A DNA stretch of 62,058 bases, counting the filler, from Choristocarpus tenellus KU-1152 (Eukaryota; Protista; Phaeophyceae): the NCBI GenBank assembly GCA_964200185.2. It is 12 parts of 12 records of this genome, joined end to end, with 100 filler letters (N's around TTAATTAATTAA, not from the genome) between each part and the next. Parts side by side here need not be neighbours in the genome. Positions count along the whole stretch, not along the records: positions 17,580 to 28,699 come from CAXNAD020002497.1; positions 28,800 to 32,865 come from CAXNAD020016400.1; positions 32,966 to 37,124 come from CAXNAD020015920.1; positions 37,225 to 43,689 come from CAXNAD020008081.1; 8 more parts are not named here. One strand, given 5' to 3'. The notes beneath the pieces were generated by a model. The model saw only the letters and a program-made list of their open reading frames with translations, did not search any database and was not told where the DNA came from. Both the position numbers and the translations under genes were made by a program. This document shows positions 26,001 to 37,606 of the stretch, one piece after another; positions within the stretch are counted from its first letter, which is position 1, and every line of letters begins with the position of its first letter.

Positions 26001-26301
26001 CCCTCCCTCCTCCCCCCCCTCTACTACTCCTACCATTTCTATTCACTGCCTCCTTCCCTCATTTGCCTGCTACAGGGTTGATCCTCTTTCCCCCCCTGAG
26101 GGGTGTGGGATTGGGGAACTCATTACCTTCAAAGGTGTAGCCTCTGCTCCGATTCCTGCTGGGAGCAGGGCTGCCAGGGCATGGGGAGAGGTTATGGGTG
26201 GGATGAGAACATATTCTGATGGTGTGGCAGGTTGGGAGGGCTTGGCCATGGAGACTTCAGCAGGGCCTTGCACCTCTATTATCAAGGGAGTAGTTCGATG
26301 A
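23044..26301 (+). CDS. Fibronectin-III-like + tRNA-binding OB-fold (EMAPII/Arc1p/Trbp111-type) protein. Exons 23044-23307, 23932-24072, 24742-24881, 25382-25531, 26076-26301
   Basis: [33 protein letters not shown]|TIVSGL...[20 protein letters not shown] is the tRNA-binding domain. SYRIKW...[14 protein letters not shown] is an FN3 signature. All splice phases are consistent; the start codon is uncertain. Confidence 0.85.
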
Positions 26302-26904
26302 TCACATAAGGAATGAACTTCCTCACTCCACTTGTCAAGTTGAAGTATCTGGTTTGTGTTGTTTCAACCTTGTATTAGGTCAGATGCATTACCAATACAC
26401 ACACAGTTGTAGATTCTTTATTGGTGCTTGGCTTGGAGCTCCTTAGTTGGTACCGAACCTGGATTTACATTGTCTAAGACTGCCTTCCCAACCCTGTTCT
26501 CTGCTTGGAACATGCAATACAAACCCCCCCTGCTTTAATATCAACAGGAGAGCTAGAGTTCTACACTTGTGTGGTAAATTCCACCTGGTTCCCTTGTACC
26601 AATTGGAAGTAATTTTGATATGATCTTACTGGCTCTCGCCATTGATACCAGAGGTAGAGAGACCCACTATTTACTTCAAGATGCAAAAACGAAAAGTCAA
26701 ATGAATATCAGATTCTTCGAGGTATACCTTCTTTGGAAGATGGCTCTCACAATTCCATGGATGGAATAACCCACAAGAAAAATAAACAACTGAACCAGAT
26801 GTATATTGGGGTCAGGGTTAACGGATTGTACATGGTGGTGATCAGGGTGAGGTTTCCGCATTGACACATACCTGCCATCTGAGAGGCAATCAAAATGGTT
26901 GCAT

Positions 26905-27026
26905 GGTGGTTTGAGGGGACCTTGCAAACCCCTCTCGATCACTTTCCACTTGTTCACTCTTTCCTGAGTGATCTTCTGAGGTATAGTTCCCCCTCTTGAC
27001 TTGTCTCTTGTTTCCATCCGTTTCAC
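26905..27026 (+). mobile_element. Second copy of the putative LTR 3' part (no PBS follows; solo or 3' LTR)
   Basis: Similar to 388-481 and ends CCGTTTCACA. Nearby 26697-26742 matches 281-344 in inverted orientation. Confidence 0.55.
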
Positions 27027-28201
27027 ACAATCAATCATCTAAACTAAACTATCAACCTACATCGAACAGACTTGGGAATAAACATACCTAACCCTAACCC
27101 TACACCAACAATGCCTGACATGCAGGTGTGATAGCAGGTACACCTTCTAATGTCAAATGTGAGGAAAAGACAGTCAACGCCTACAATGGGTTTGACCCTA
27201 ATATGTATCTGTTGCCTTCAAGGGAGGAGTGCTTTGGCCACCCTCTGCCAAGCTCAAGACTTGTTGGGTAGAACCTCTAGATGTTATATATAGGCACTAT
27301 GCCTGATGAAGCCTACTTATCAAACTGCCATGATAGGTTAACAGTTTATTGTGAGCTTTGCGTCGCTTCCTATATACCCTCAAGAGCAGAGCCTCCCTCT
27401 GGGTCTCATCATAACTTTGGTTAGTGGTACAAATTTATGAAGCTCCGTTGGGTATCTCCACCTCAAGCAACTTCGACATTTGAACATGTGAAATGACTGA
27501 GAAACACTGGTCCTAAGAAATCACAAATGTTGTATTATCTTTCTATGGCCACCAAACACCAAGTACACCATTATCGAAATGAATGATACATTCTCCTAAC
27601 AAATGTCACTGAAACTAATTAGACCACAGGAAATTGTGGACTGGAGTGTGTGTACAAGTCCCAGCTCCTCTGAATATGAGTCACCATCCAATTCTTGAAA
27701 ACATGCTAAGGAGTCACCAGGCCTGCCTCTGCCGAACCTGACAATTCTACATCAATATTTATTTATATATATATATATCTTCAAGGATTCACAGTTCAAC
27801 TCCCTGCATAACCCCCACAGTCAGAAGGTAAGACTTCTACTAGACAGGCCTCTAGACAACAAGTTGCTCTACAATACATACACAGGTCTGCGACATGAAT
27901 CCTAGTACAATAATGCCTTACATTCAATAACAACCCCTAATGGAAACTACTGTTCATACACAAAACCATACAATCCACACCCAGATAGAAAACAATGAAT
28001 GCATTTCGACCAATGAAATCGACTTCTTGTTACAATGACCCAACAACATCACCTTGCCCTGTAAGCTCCCCAGGGATGCGATCAACACTCAAAACTGCAG
28101 CAGAACGCCTACCTCTGAAAATGGGGGGGTTAGTCAGTATAACTCTAAGCAGAATACGGCAGAGAGCATGACTTCTACCCTAACCCTATTTTCAGCTTAT
28201 T

Positions 28202-28393
28202 TCACCGCCTTGCCTTGCTGGTGACTACAGTCCAACCTGATTCACATCCTGAGCCCTCTTGTGATGTACCCCCTTCATCTTCCAATAGTTCAAAGGGTGT
28301 TGGATTCACAACGCACTCAAATGTAGGCAATATTTTTCTTGCCTCTTCAGAACAAAGGAGCGAATCAGTGGGCATCATACTGTGAAAATCCAC
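28202..28393 (-). CDS. Possible terminal exon of an unknown gene
   Basis: Open frame preceded by a T-rich AG acceptor and ending SGWTVVTSKARR*; no recognisable domain. Confidence 0.3.
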   Translation of the reverse strand: MDFHSMMPTDSLLCSEEARKILPTFECVVNPTPFELLEDEGGTSQEGSGCESGWTVVTSKARR

Positions 28394-29113
28394 TCACAAA
28401 AATAAAAAATAAAACAGATTAAAATAAACTGCATTCAATTGCAGGAGATCCATCCCAAAGACATCCCCATCAGTTTGAGGAAACAAGAGGACAGTAGGCC
28501 CTTCAACAGAGACTCACACAAAAAAATAAGTTCTATAACTGATTCATCCTTTCATTGCATCAACAGCTCTCCAACCTGCTGCTATAATGTAGAGTCTCAA
28601 AGACCCCAAATCAACACCCAGTCTATAATGAAAAACATACATAGGGACCCAAAGTATCTGGGGGGGGGGGGGGGTTCTACACCAGGGGGTCCCTTGGGGN
28701 NNNNNNNNNNNNNNNNNNNNNNNNNNNNNNNNNNNNNNNNNNNTTAATTAATTAANNNNNNNNNNNNNNNNNNNNNNNNNNNNNNNNNNNNNNNNNNNNC
28801 ACCCCCCCAGACACCTTGAGCCTTTTTGAACTGCAGGAAGTGGTAGTAACAAAAAAATTCTGATTTGGAGAAGAAGGGAACTGGGTCAAATGCTTTTTGA
28901 ACTGGGTCAAATGATTGAACGGTGTGATGACCCCATTGTGCAAGAAAGGTAACTCACTATAGTGCACTGAACAAGCAGGTACTCCAAAATTCCGCCTCAA
29001 TGTAGAGATAGATGATGAACCAGCGCCCGGACCGTGGGGGTCAGGTAAAGACGCAAAAGACTATCATTAATTTTTTTTTCGTGTACACCAGGGCAACTTA
29101 ATACAATGATAAA

Positions 29114-29379
29114 TAGTGAAAGTATCTTAGAGGGTGCGAATTTTTGTTCCTCTTTGTCCATTTGGGACTTGGCTTCCCATGGAGTTTTTTTATGACAATT
29201 CCCTACTCCAAAATGTTTAGGAGTAGTTAAAATGTATACGTTATGAAAAGGTGTGTCTGTCCGGAACATGGGTATTGACACTTCCTAACAAACACAATAG
29301 CCAAAATTACATCAGAATCGCAACGTTGGATTTTGGCCCCCAAATGGACGCGGCTCTACCCTCTAAGATACTTTGGCTC
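29114..29379 (+). mobile_element. Full-length MITE family C (266 bp). Partial copies at 17398-17415, 32698-32865, 51368-51407, 56631-56815
   Basis: TIR AAAGTATCTTAGAGGGT/ACCCTCTAAGATACTTT, flanked by AAA/AAA. The interior is conserved among copies. Confidence 0.85.
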
Positions 29380-30998
29380 AAACCGATCGGAAATCGACAA
29401 AACAAAAACGGCAATTCCAACTTTCAGTGTGTTATTTATTTATTATTACCCTGTCAAGAAGGACATGTGCGCTGCCGAAACGTCTTGAGACATTTGTTCC
29501 CACGAATTAGGCTACTCAACATCAGGATAACTCTGACAGGGTCAATCAATCCCCATCGTCATGCCACTCGGGCTGAGATGCCTTTCTGTCTCTACGGAGG
29601 GGGGAGAAAACCTCAAGGAAAGGAAATTCGGAGATAGCAAAAGGCTAATAATTTACCTTTTGGGGGGGGAAGGGGGCATCACTCATTGGTGGATTAGCTG
29701 ACACTGTTGAGATATGAAATTCTCGATCTTGTATCACGACATAGTAAAGAAAGATCGACCAGCATTCCCTGATTTAGCCAAAAATCCGAGATTAGACTTT
29801 GAACAGATAGTAGGATTGACTCATCAACCAATGAGTGATGCTTCTTTCGTCCTCCACCCCCTCCAAAAATATAGAAATATATATTTATATATATTATTTG
29901 GTTCTCGGATCTCAGACTACTTCCCTCCCCCTTCCTTATTTATGCTCAAACTCAGTGGTGATTCATAGTATGAAGCGGAGTTGCACTGTGTCTGTTTCGT
30001 GTGCACCTACAGACTATTCCTGCTCCAGTATTCTGGTGAAATGAGTTGCGTGGGACAGGTCATCATCTCCAACCCGTCGTGCAGAACAAGGACCAATTTT
30101 CACAATCGTTATTTTTTTGTACAAGAATTGAAACGTAAATACTTGTTTTTTTATTTTTGTGTGTGGGCGCGCGCGCGTGTGTGTGTGTAACAATTTTTCT
30201 TCACACACTGCCGTGGGGGAAAAATCTGCGTGCTTCTGAAAAAAATAGCACTGCATTTCATGACCTGAAAAAAAAAAAAATGTCTAGCCCTCTTTCAAGA
30301 GTCGAATTCTAGACACAATGAAGAACAAGCTGGATTTCACCTAGGTAGTTTACATGTTTGTTTCTCAGCTCATTGATCAGTCGAAGCACAAAAACTCATC
30401 TTCACTTCTAGATTGACATGTAACTGACACCTCCTTGATACATTTGTTGTGCTCTACACAGTACATGACATTTTTTTCACACTTTTCAAAAGTGAGTTCT
30501 CTATTTTAAGAAGGAAAAGCAGGAGAATCTATTGGTGCAAGTGAACTTTAATCTCTCCACCCCCAGAAATCAAAACCTGGGATTCGAAAACGTTACATAT
30601 GCTTCTCACCCATGTCGCGGTGTGGAGGTAGATACGAAATTGTGAGTGCTGAGACTTTTTGGATGATTCTTTTCTGAACCAACACCAAACTTCACACACT
30701 CTATATTGTCTGCACCTTGACCATGATTACCCCAGTTCTTTCCCCTGAATAGCCAACTAACCACCCACTGGCTCCTGTCACCTATGGGTGCGGATACCAT
30801 CAGCTGCGGGCTCGTGCCAAACGGGCTCTGGCTTCAGATCATAGACAAGCACATGAGAAAGCCATTACTGTTGCATGTGGGACTACTGATCGCACGCCCA
30901 TAGCCCTCCACCGCCCTGGGGGAGACAAGGGATCAGGTTATGGTGTTTTTACTTATGCTGCCTCTACAAAGGGAGGTGGTAAGGGCACAAGTGCTGAG

Positions 30999-32000
30999 TT
31001 GGGGGCAGGAGAAAAAGATGAGTGTGAGCATTCCTGTCATAGGCACGCACATGGGGAGTTTGGAGGTCATCGTGTAAACCTGGCCCCAATTTCCTCAGTG
31101 AAGACAGGGCGCACAAGTCATGCTAGGGACAATGCTTGCAGGTGGCAGCGAACTTTCAGCGCAGGGGGAGGGCAGGACGAAGTGCAAGATTGCAGGAAAC
31201 CATCTCAACGGGGAATAGGGCGGCACTTGCGGCAAAATGTGACAAGATCAGCAGACCTGATCGAGAGGATGAAGCAAGAACGGCAGAAAGCCACCCAGGA
31301 AAGTAGAGCAAGGTATGCAGCACGGGGTCTCAAGGTAGAAGAAGGTAGAAGAAATGGTTGCAAAAAGATAACATGTGAATACGACCATGAAGACAGAAGT
31401 AGAGGAGTAGGTAGTGGCGGCGATGAAGGGGACAGGGCGGGAGGCTCTCAACTTCTGGGCAGCAGTGGTGATCTGAGTGTGGGGGGGGATCTCCTGCAGC
31501 ACTACAATGCTCCGCATTGCTTGGAAAAGTTCACAGATGGCGTTGTCAAACACAACCGCTGGCATGCTGGCCCTGAACACTCCAAGAGGGTTGCAGTGAG
31601 GGGAAGCGAACTGCAAGGGGGTAGGAAAGGAGAAGTGACCACTGAGGCACCAGGTCCTGAGAGCCATAGCAGCAAGCAAGAGGAGTATGAGACAAGGTTG
31701 TCGTCCATCAAGGAGCGCATTGAAAGATATGCCAATTTCGCTGCACAAAATATTGGTGATGGCAGAAACTCATATGAGGTAGGTGGTACGAGGGACAGGG
31801 GCAGGAGTGTTGACTCTTGGAGAGATCGAGCACTATGTCCTGAGGAGGGGGAGTCCATGGGTAGAGGGAAGCCTGCTGGTAGTATCAATGTTGTAGGGGA
31901 TCGTAGCAGTGGAGGAAGGTGGAGGGTAACAGACAATCCCTTCGGGGATTCAAATATTTTCGAAATGGGTAGAGGATTGGAAAAGGAACAGTTGAGGCAG
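30999..32000 (+). CDS. Large G/R/E-rich exon of an unknown gene
   Basis: >330-codon open frame ending at a CAG|GTAAG donor; no recognisable domain. Confidence 0.5.
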
Positions 32001-33599
32001 GTAAGGGGAGAAGGACAGGGAAAAGGATTACAATCCAGTGAGGGACCATTGCCAACCCTTAGTAGGCGATGGATTGGGGGAATCAAAGGAGGCGAGAGGG
32101 GGATTGAGACCATTGGCTTACCTGCTTGTACATGATGGGTTTGACTGAGACCAAGATAGGGGGAAGCTTAGGACTACCGACAGGGACTACCGTATCAATG
32201 GAACTATTACGACTAAAAGCCAGTAAAATAAGATATGAATATTTCAATACTCATTGAAATTATTATTGGTCAAAGGCACTCAAACAAAGACATTCAGGAC
32301 CGAGGATAATATCACACAATTTCGAGCACATATATTGAGTTAGGTGTTCGAGAGGATCAAATGCTGGTACCATACCTCCCTCCAGGCTTCTCAGTGTGAT
32401 TTTCTCTCCGGAATATTCACAACATGCTGCCTAATTCAATTGGACGTCGTTTTTTTGCTAAAGATATTCCATATTTGGGATTATTGTGGAGGGCTCAATT
32501 ATAGGCGCTCATGTGCCCACAGATGTAGCGGTTGTGCCATGAAAGATAGCCGGCCCAGTTACTTGGTGAGTGCTGTATTACAGGTTTGCTGGGCAGTGCG
32601 AGCATGAGGGAAGGCCAACTCAAGACGTAGATAGTGCCTACTGTCATCAGGTACAACCTTTGCACTGAACCCTATCTAGCAGTTGTAACGACATTAGCAG
32701 TGAAAGTATTTTAGAGGGTACGAGTTTTGCCCTGTTTGTCCATTTGGGGCTTGGCTTCCCATGGGTTTTTTTATTAGATTTTCCTACTCCAAAGTGCTTA
32801 GGAGTAGGTAAAATGTATACCTTTTGAAAAGGTGTGTCCGAAACATAGATATTGACACTTCCTAGNNNNNNNNNNNNNNNNNNNNNNNNNNNNNNNNNNN
32901 NNNNNNNNNTTAATTAATTAANNNNNNNNNNNNNNNNNNNNNNNNNNNNNNNNNNNNNNNNNNNNTCTTCTTGCCCGGCTTCTTCTTCATATGCTAAAAG
33001 GTTTTTTGTTTGGGTGAGCGTATTTGGTGGGGGGGGGGTGGTCAGCGAGGGGGCGTCCGTTTCGGCTTGGATGAGTTGCTCTGAAATTTTAGCAATTGGT
33101 GTCCTCAGTCGTGGACCCCCTCACTAGCCACCGTCCCCCCAGATACTTTGACCCAGTCACTGCCCTTTTTCGATGTATTTTGGAATAAAATGACTTTAAG
33201 ACCTACACTTGACGTTTGAGTGGGTGTAGATTATGTTATCGTGGCTCAGGGAAGTTACTGTTGGGTTCAAAGTTTGGAGCTGGGATGGTTTCCACTGTTT
33301 GAATTGAGTGTGGAAGAGGGGTCATCTGTTGTGAAAATCTCGACTTGTGCTGAAGATGGTGGTACGGAGTACGAGATGCTTCTGCGTCAACGTAGTTTTA
33401 GCAAGGTGTATATCAATTACTCTGTGGTCCGATCAACCCAAAGAGGGGAGGAAAAAGGATTGGGGCATGGCAGTAAGAGTGTTAGAGGATAGTGGCAGAA
33501 CGCACTAATCGAGATGAATTCCAGGTTGCCATCGGGCTAATAAAAGCATGCATATGAGGACACATAGACACAAACTCATCCGGAAGATATTAAGGAATA

Positions 33600-35800
33600 G
33601 TGTACCAAATGTATAAGTCCATTGATTTAGAGAACATCCGACCTCTCCAGTACAACATATGTCTGTCGAGGCATGTGTCTGATTGGCGACGTAGAGGGTG
33701 ACTCATGATCAGGAATTGGTCTAGGTTGCTCCTCAAAGTCGTGTTTCTCGTCAGTATGGGGACAGAGTGGGACTTGTCCAGAACCAGGCTCGTGCAGGAG
33801 CGTCTTGGTCTATACTGTATCGTTCGACAAGAAGCTGGATATTCGCAATTCGCCATTCTCCCATTTAACCTCGTAGGGCTGACTTGCTCATCTCCAACTT
33901 TCACCGTGTAATGGGGCTGGTACATGGTCACGGTCCCTCGCATCCACTGATCGTCCCATCTGAAGTATAGTCCTCTGCCCTTGGCACCTGCACTGAGTGT
34001 TTCTCCCTCATCTAAATCCGGCACAGCCCTCAGTGTCGGTTCAAGGAGTATATATTTCTCCGTATCCTTCCCCATGTCAATACGCTTCCGCTGGTGGTCA
34101 ACCATCAACCGGTGGCGTTGTCTGACACGCTGGACTGCAGCCTCCACACTGTCTCTCTCGTTATCTCCCGAAATTGGTCGACACCCTCCTCTATCTCGTC
34201 CTCTGTTATGTACGACCTCAGATGAGGATGCAAGGATTTTTCGCCATCATCTAGAAGGTAAGACACTGAGAAAAAGGACGCCTCTGAACCGTCCACGTGA
34301 ACATCGCTGACCTTCCCCTGTACAATAGACCTCCCACTCGCACATAGGATGAAGCTGGTTCCTCGACCGAGAAGCAAGCAGGTATCACACCGAGGGATTG
34401 CCGGTTGGATTCTGTGGTGAACCTCTGGTATTGACCAGGCAGGATCGTGAAGGTGTTGTCCAGGTGGTGGCTCAAAGTATCTGGGGGGGGGGTGGCGGTG
34501 GTCCGTTTTGGACCAATTTTTTCATGTCTCGATTTTTGGGTGATTTGGTTCCGTACGTAGGATGGATAATGAAACTGCGTTTTTCCTGGTTTTGGTCCAA
34601 ATGGACACTCTGGTGTAGAACCCCCCCCCCCCCCCCCCCCACAACTTTGGGCTGGGTGGGGTGGGGGGGGGTGAGATGCGGGGTGACCATACACGGGAGG
34701 GNNNNNNNNNNCCCAGATACTTTGGGTCTGGTTGTGGTGGATGTCTGTGAAGTCTGGGATGACGATAGCCTGAAGGGGCACGACGCGGAGACACGGTTGT
34801 GCCTCCTGCATCAACACAAAGATGTTCGTTGCAGGGGCTGTGTTGGTGTGTTGGACTATTGGCATGTGTTTGCGCGTGATGGCCTTGTTTGGTTGTATAG
34901 GGGTCTTGTTTGTTTGGTTTTGAGGTATGGAGAGTTTTATGTAGAATAGAGGATACACTTAGACAGCGAAATGAAGGAATGGGATACCCTACGGAACTTG
35001 TAAAATATTCTGTGAAAGTTGACGTTCGCGGTTGTAGAGTAGGAGAAAAAAATGACACTGCTTTGGATGTCAAGGTTGGACGTTATGGGAGGATTTTATT
35101 CGGGTATGTGGGGATATCAGGGGATATTAAACATCTGTATATGGACAGCGTGGAATGATTTGTGTAGAGCATTGTTCTCTTAGTAACAATAAGAAGCGTT
35201 TCTCACCTTGTCCGTCCATGACACGCGAATAGTTGGCACTCCATCAACAAAGCTAGCACTCAGCACCTCGAAGTCTTCTGTGACAAAGACTACCTCATCT
35301 CCAGCATTGAACATCCCTCCGTAGCTCGAGTGCGCCTGGCGTTCCAATGAATCGTGTCCTTGCGGTGGACAGTGAATGGCAAGAACTCTATACCATTGTG
35401 CTCCGATGGCTGCGTCCGCACAATGCATATGTTCCCCTCAGCGAGCTGTCTCTTCCTCCTCGGCTTCTCAGATACATATCGCCCGTTACTGTTTCTGTGG
35501 AAAATCCGAGGTCTATCTCCTTAAGTGGGGGCACGTGGGTTAATTGCCACCTGCATTGGATCAGATTGCCAACGGAACTGTTCGTGCAGTAGTGCAACAG
35601 TTCAGTGTATATCAATGTACGGAACTCTCCGGTGGTGAGCCGACCAGTGAAGAGCCTGTGCATGGACTTGATGCCACCGAGGTTTGGAAACCTCGGTGGG
35701 TCGTGTCGTCCCGCACGGTCAATCTTGTAAGAAGGAAGATGGACCATCTCCTGTGTTCGAAACGTGTCGATGGATACATATTTCGTAGACATGTTACTGT
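33600..35800 (-). mobile_element. Unclassified repeated element or pseudogene with Tudor/SH3-like modules (copy 1)
   Basis: Colinear protein-level similarity with 57590-59370 (AGDEVVFV.EDFE.L.ASFVDGVPT; LRS..TED.IEEGV; GRGLY.R.DDQWMRGTVT.YQ...VKWENGE). Frameshifted and interrupted by a MITE. Confidence 0.65.
34469..34728 (+). mobile_element. Full MITE family A inserted into the Tudor-like element
   Basis: TIRs GGCTCAAAGTATCTGGG/CCCAGATACTTTGGGTC, flanked by TGGT/TGGT. Removing it plus one TGGT restores DFTDIHHNHLDNTFTILPG. Confidence 0.85.
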
Positions 35801-36012
35801 ACTGTCTGCCGTCCCTGTCCGTCCATTCCTAAGGGTTGTGGTGATTGTGCATACAAGGGGAGGGGTGGTACGTGTTTGAGTCAGTGTTGGTACTGTGGCA
35901 GCGTCCTGTGACCGATTTGATGTGATGATACTTTCTTTGGAGTGATCTGTGCTACCTATTACTGGAACAAGTATTTGGTAAATGACAGATGTCAATACGT
36001 AATGAAAACGAA

Positions 36013-36644
36013 AACTTGGAGTTTTGGGTTAGTTTGACGCTTGGCAGACTTCTGGAAAATAGAGGGCGAGATGATTGTAGGTGTGCACGGATGGTGAGCA
36101 GCGGTCGATTAACAAGTGTGTATGTGCGATTATCATGTCGCGCGTGGTGTCAACGTGAAGGGAAGGCATGGATGTGACATAATGGGTCAACAATATATAT
36201 TGCGTGTTTAGTGTATGGGTTAGCAAGGGGCGGGAGGGGGTAGTCTGTCACCAGTGGCAAACAGGGATCGATTATTGTGAGTGAGGGGAATCATGTATGT
36301 AGTACATGTGCTATGTATTCCTGCAACAAGAGATAGGTACATGGCCAACGTTGATACATGAAAGAAAACAATAACTTGGAGTATTGCCCGAGTTTACGGA
36401 TTGGTAGACTTATTCAAAATCGAGGGCAATGATTGCAAGTGTGCACGGACGGTGTGCGGTCAATTGAGAAGTGCAATATGTGATTAGCACGTCACGCATG
36501 GTGTCGATGAGAAGGGTAGGTATGGATTTGACGTAATGGGTCAACAATATTTATTGCGTGTTAAGGGTATGGGTTGGCAAGGGGCGGAAGGGGTGAGTCT
36601 GTCGCCAGTGGGAAATAAAGGCCGATTATTGTGGGTGGGAGGGA
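36013..36644. repeat. Diverged tandem duplication, period ~360 bp (36013-36288 and 36373-36644)
   Basis: Shared blocks AACTTGGAGT, GTGTGCACGGA, TAATGGGTCAACAATAT, GCAAGGGGCGG, CGATTATTGTG. Confidence 0.85.
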
Positions 36645-37329
36645 CCGCGCAAGTCGTATATGTGCTACCTTTTTTCGTCCAAAACCGCCCCAGTTAGAAT
36701 ATCCTAAAAAGGTGTGGCTCGCGTATGCGGGCACTCGCGGGCGCGACATCAAAAAAGTTATGAATACATCCCATGAAGCTCGTAGGATGAAACGAATTGA
36801 GGTAGTCTGTCGTACGATAGAATGTGTGCCTTGATCTGAATTTTTTGAAACAATTGACAAATGCTTGGTGTGTGTCACCCCTCAAAATATTGGTGTATAT
36901 ATGTACAACAATTGACGTGTTTTGTCGTACGGTAAACTATTGTGTAGGATGGGGTTTTTGGTGGAAGGTATGCCCAACGTTTCATGTGGTGTAGGTCTAT
37001 ACTTATCCCCAGATGCACATACCATTTTTCGGGCCTCCTTCTCTACAGGGGATATGGGATTATGCTTGAGTTGTTGGAGGGCCAAAGTATCTGGGGGGGG
37101 GAGGTGGTTTGTGAGGGGGCGTCCNNNNNNNNNNNNNNNNNNNNNNNNNNNNNNNNNNNNNNNNNNNNTTAATTAATTAANNNNNNNNNNNNNNNNNNNN
37201 NNNNNNNNNNNNNNNNNNNNNNNNCCTTACCCCCCCGATGTATGCAACCAAATAACACAAAAATTGTCCCCAAATGGACAGTCACCAACCCCCCCCCCCC
37301 CCCCAGATACTTTTAGTCAACTGACTCAC

Positions 37330-37564
37330 CTGCATGAGGTTCATGTATATGAAGGCGTCTGGAGCTGGCATCCCTCCATCCCAGTTCCCCAACCTCATCC
37401 TCTCCTTCAGGTCCCACAGGGCACGATGCTGCCCGTCCTCAAGACAGGCCTTCGCCACCGCCTTCCAAGGACATTTTTTTTTTTTGAGGGGGTGCGAGAA
37501 ACTAAAATGTGTGTATTTTGTGTACATACACAAATTTAATTATGTTTTTCTTCAAAAATAAATA

Positions 37565-37606
<42 letters not shown>

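Noticed and set aside
26780-26830. NQMYIG as a GIY-YIG endonuclease remnant
   Set aside because: No GIY strand or downstream R/E residues, and it lies within a non-coding repeat.
27295-27360. Possible hammerhead ribozyme (CCTGATGAAGCCT...)
   Set aside because: No GAAA core after a clean stem II and no convincing stems I or III.
36868-36883. GTGTGTCACCCC (also at 59351) as a TIR of the Tudor-like element
   Set aside because: Homology between the two copies continues past the 59351 site, so it is internal. The match is probably coincidental.
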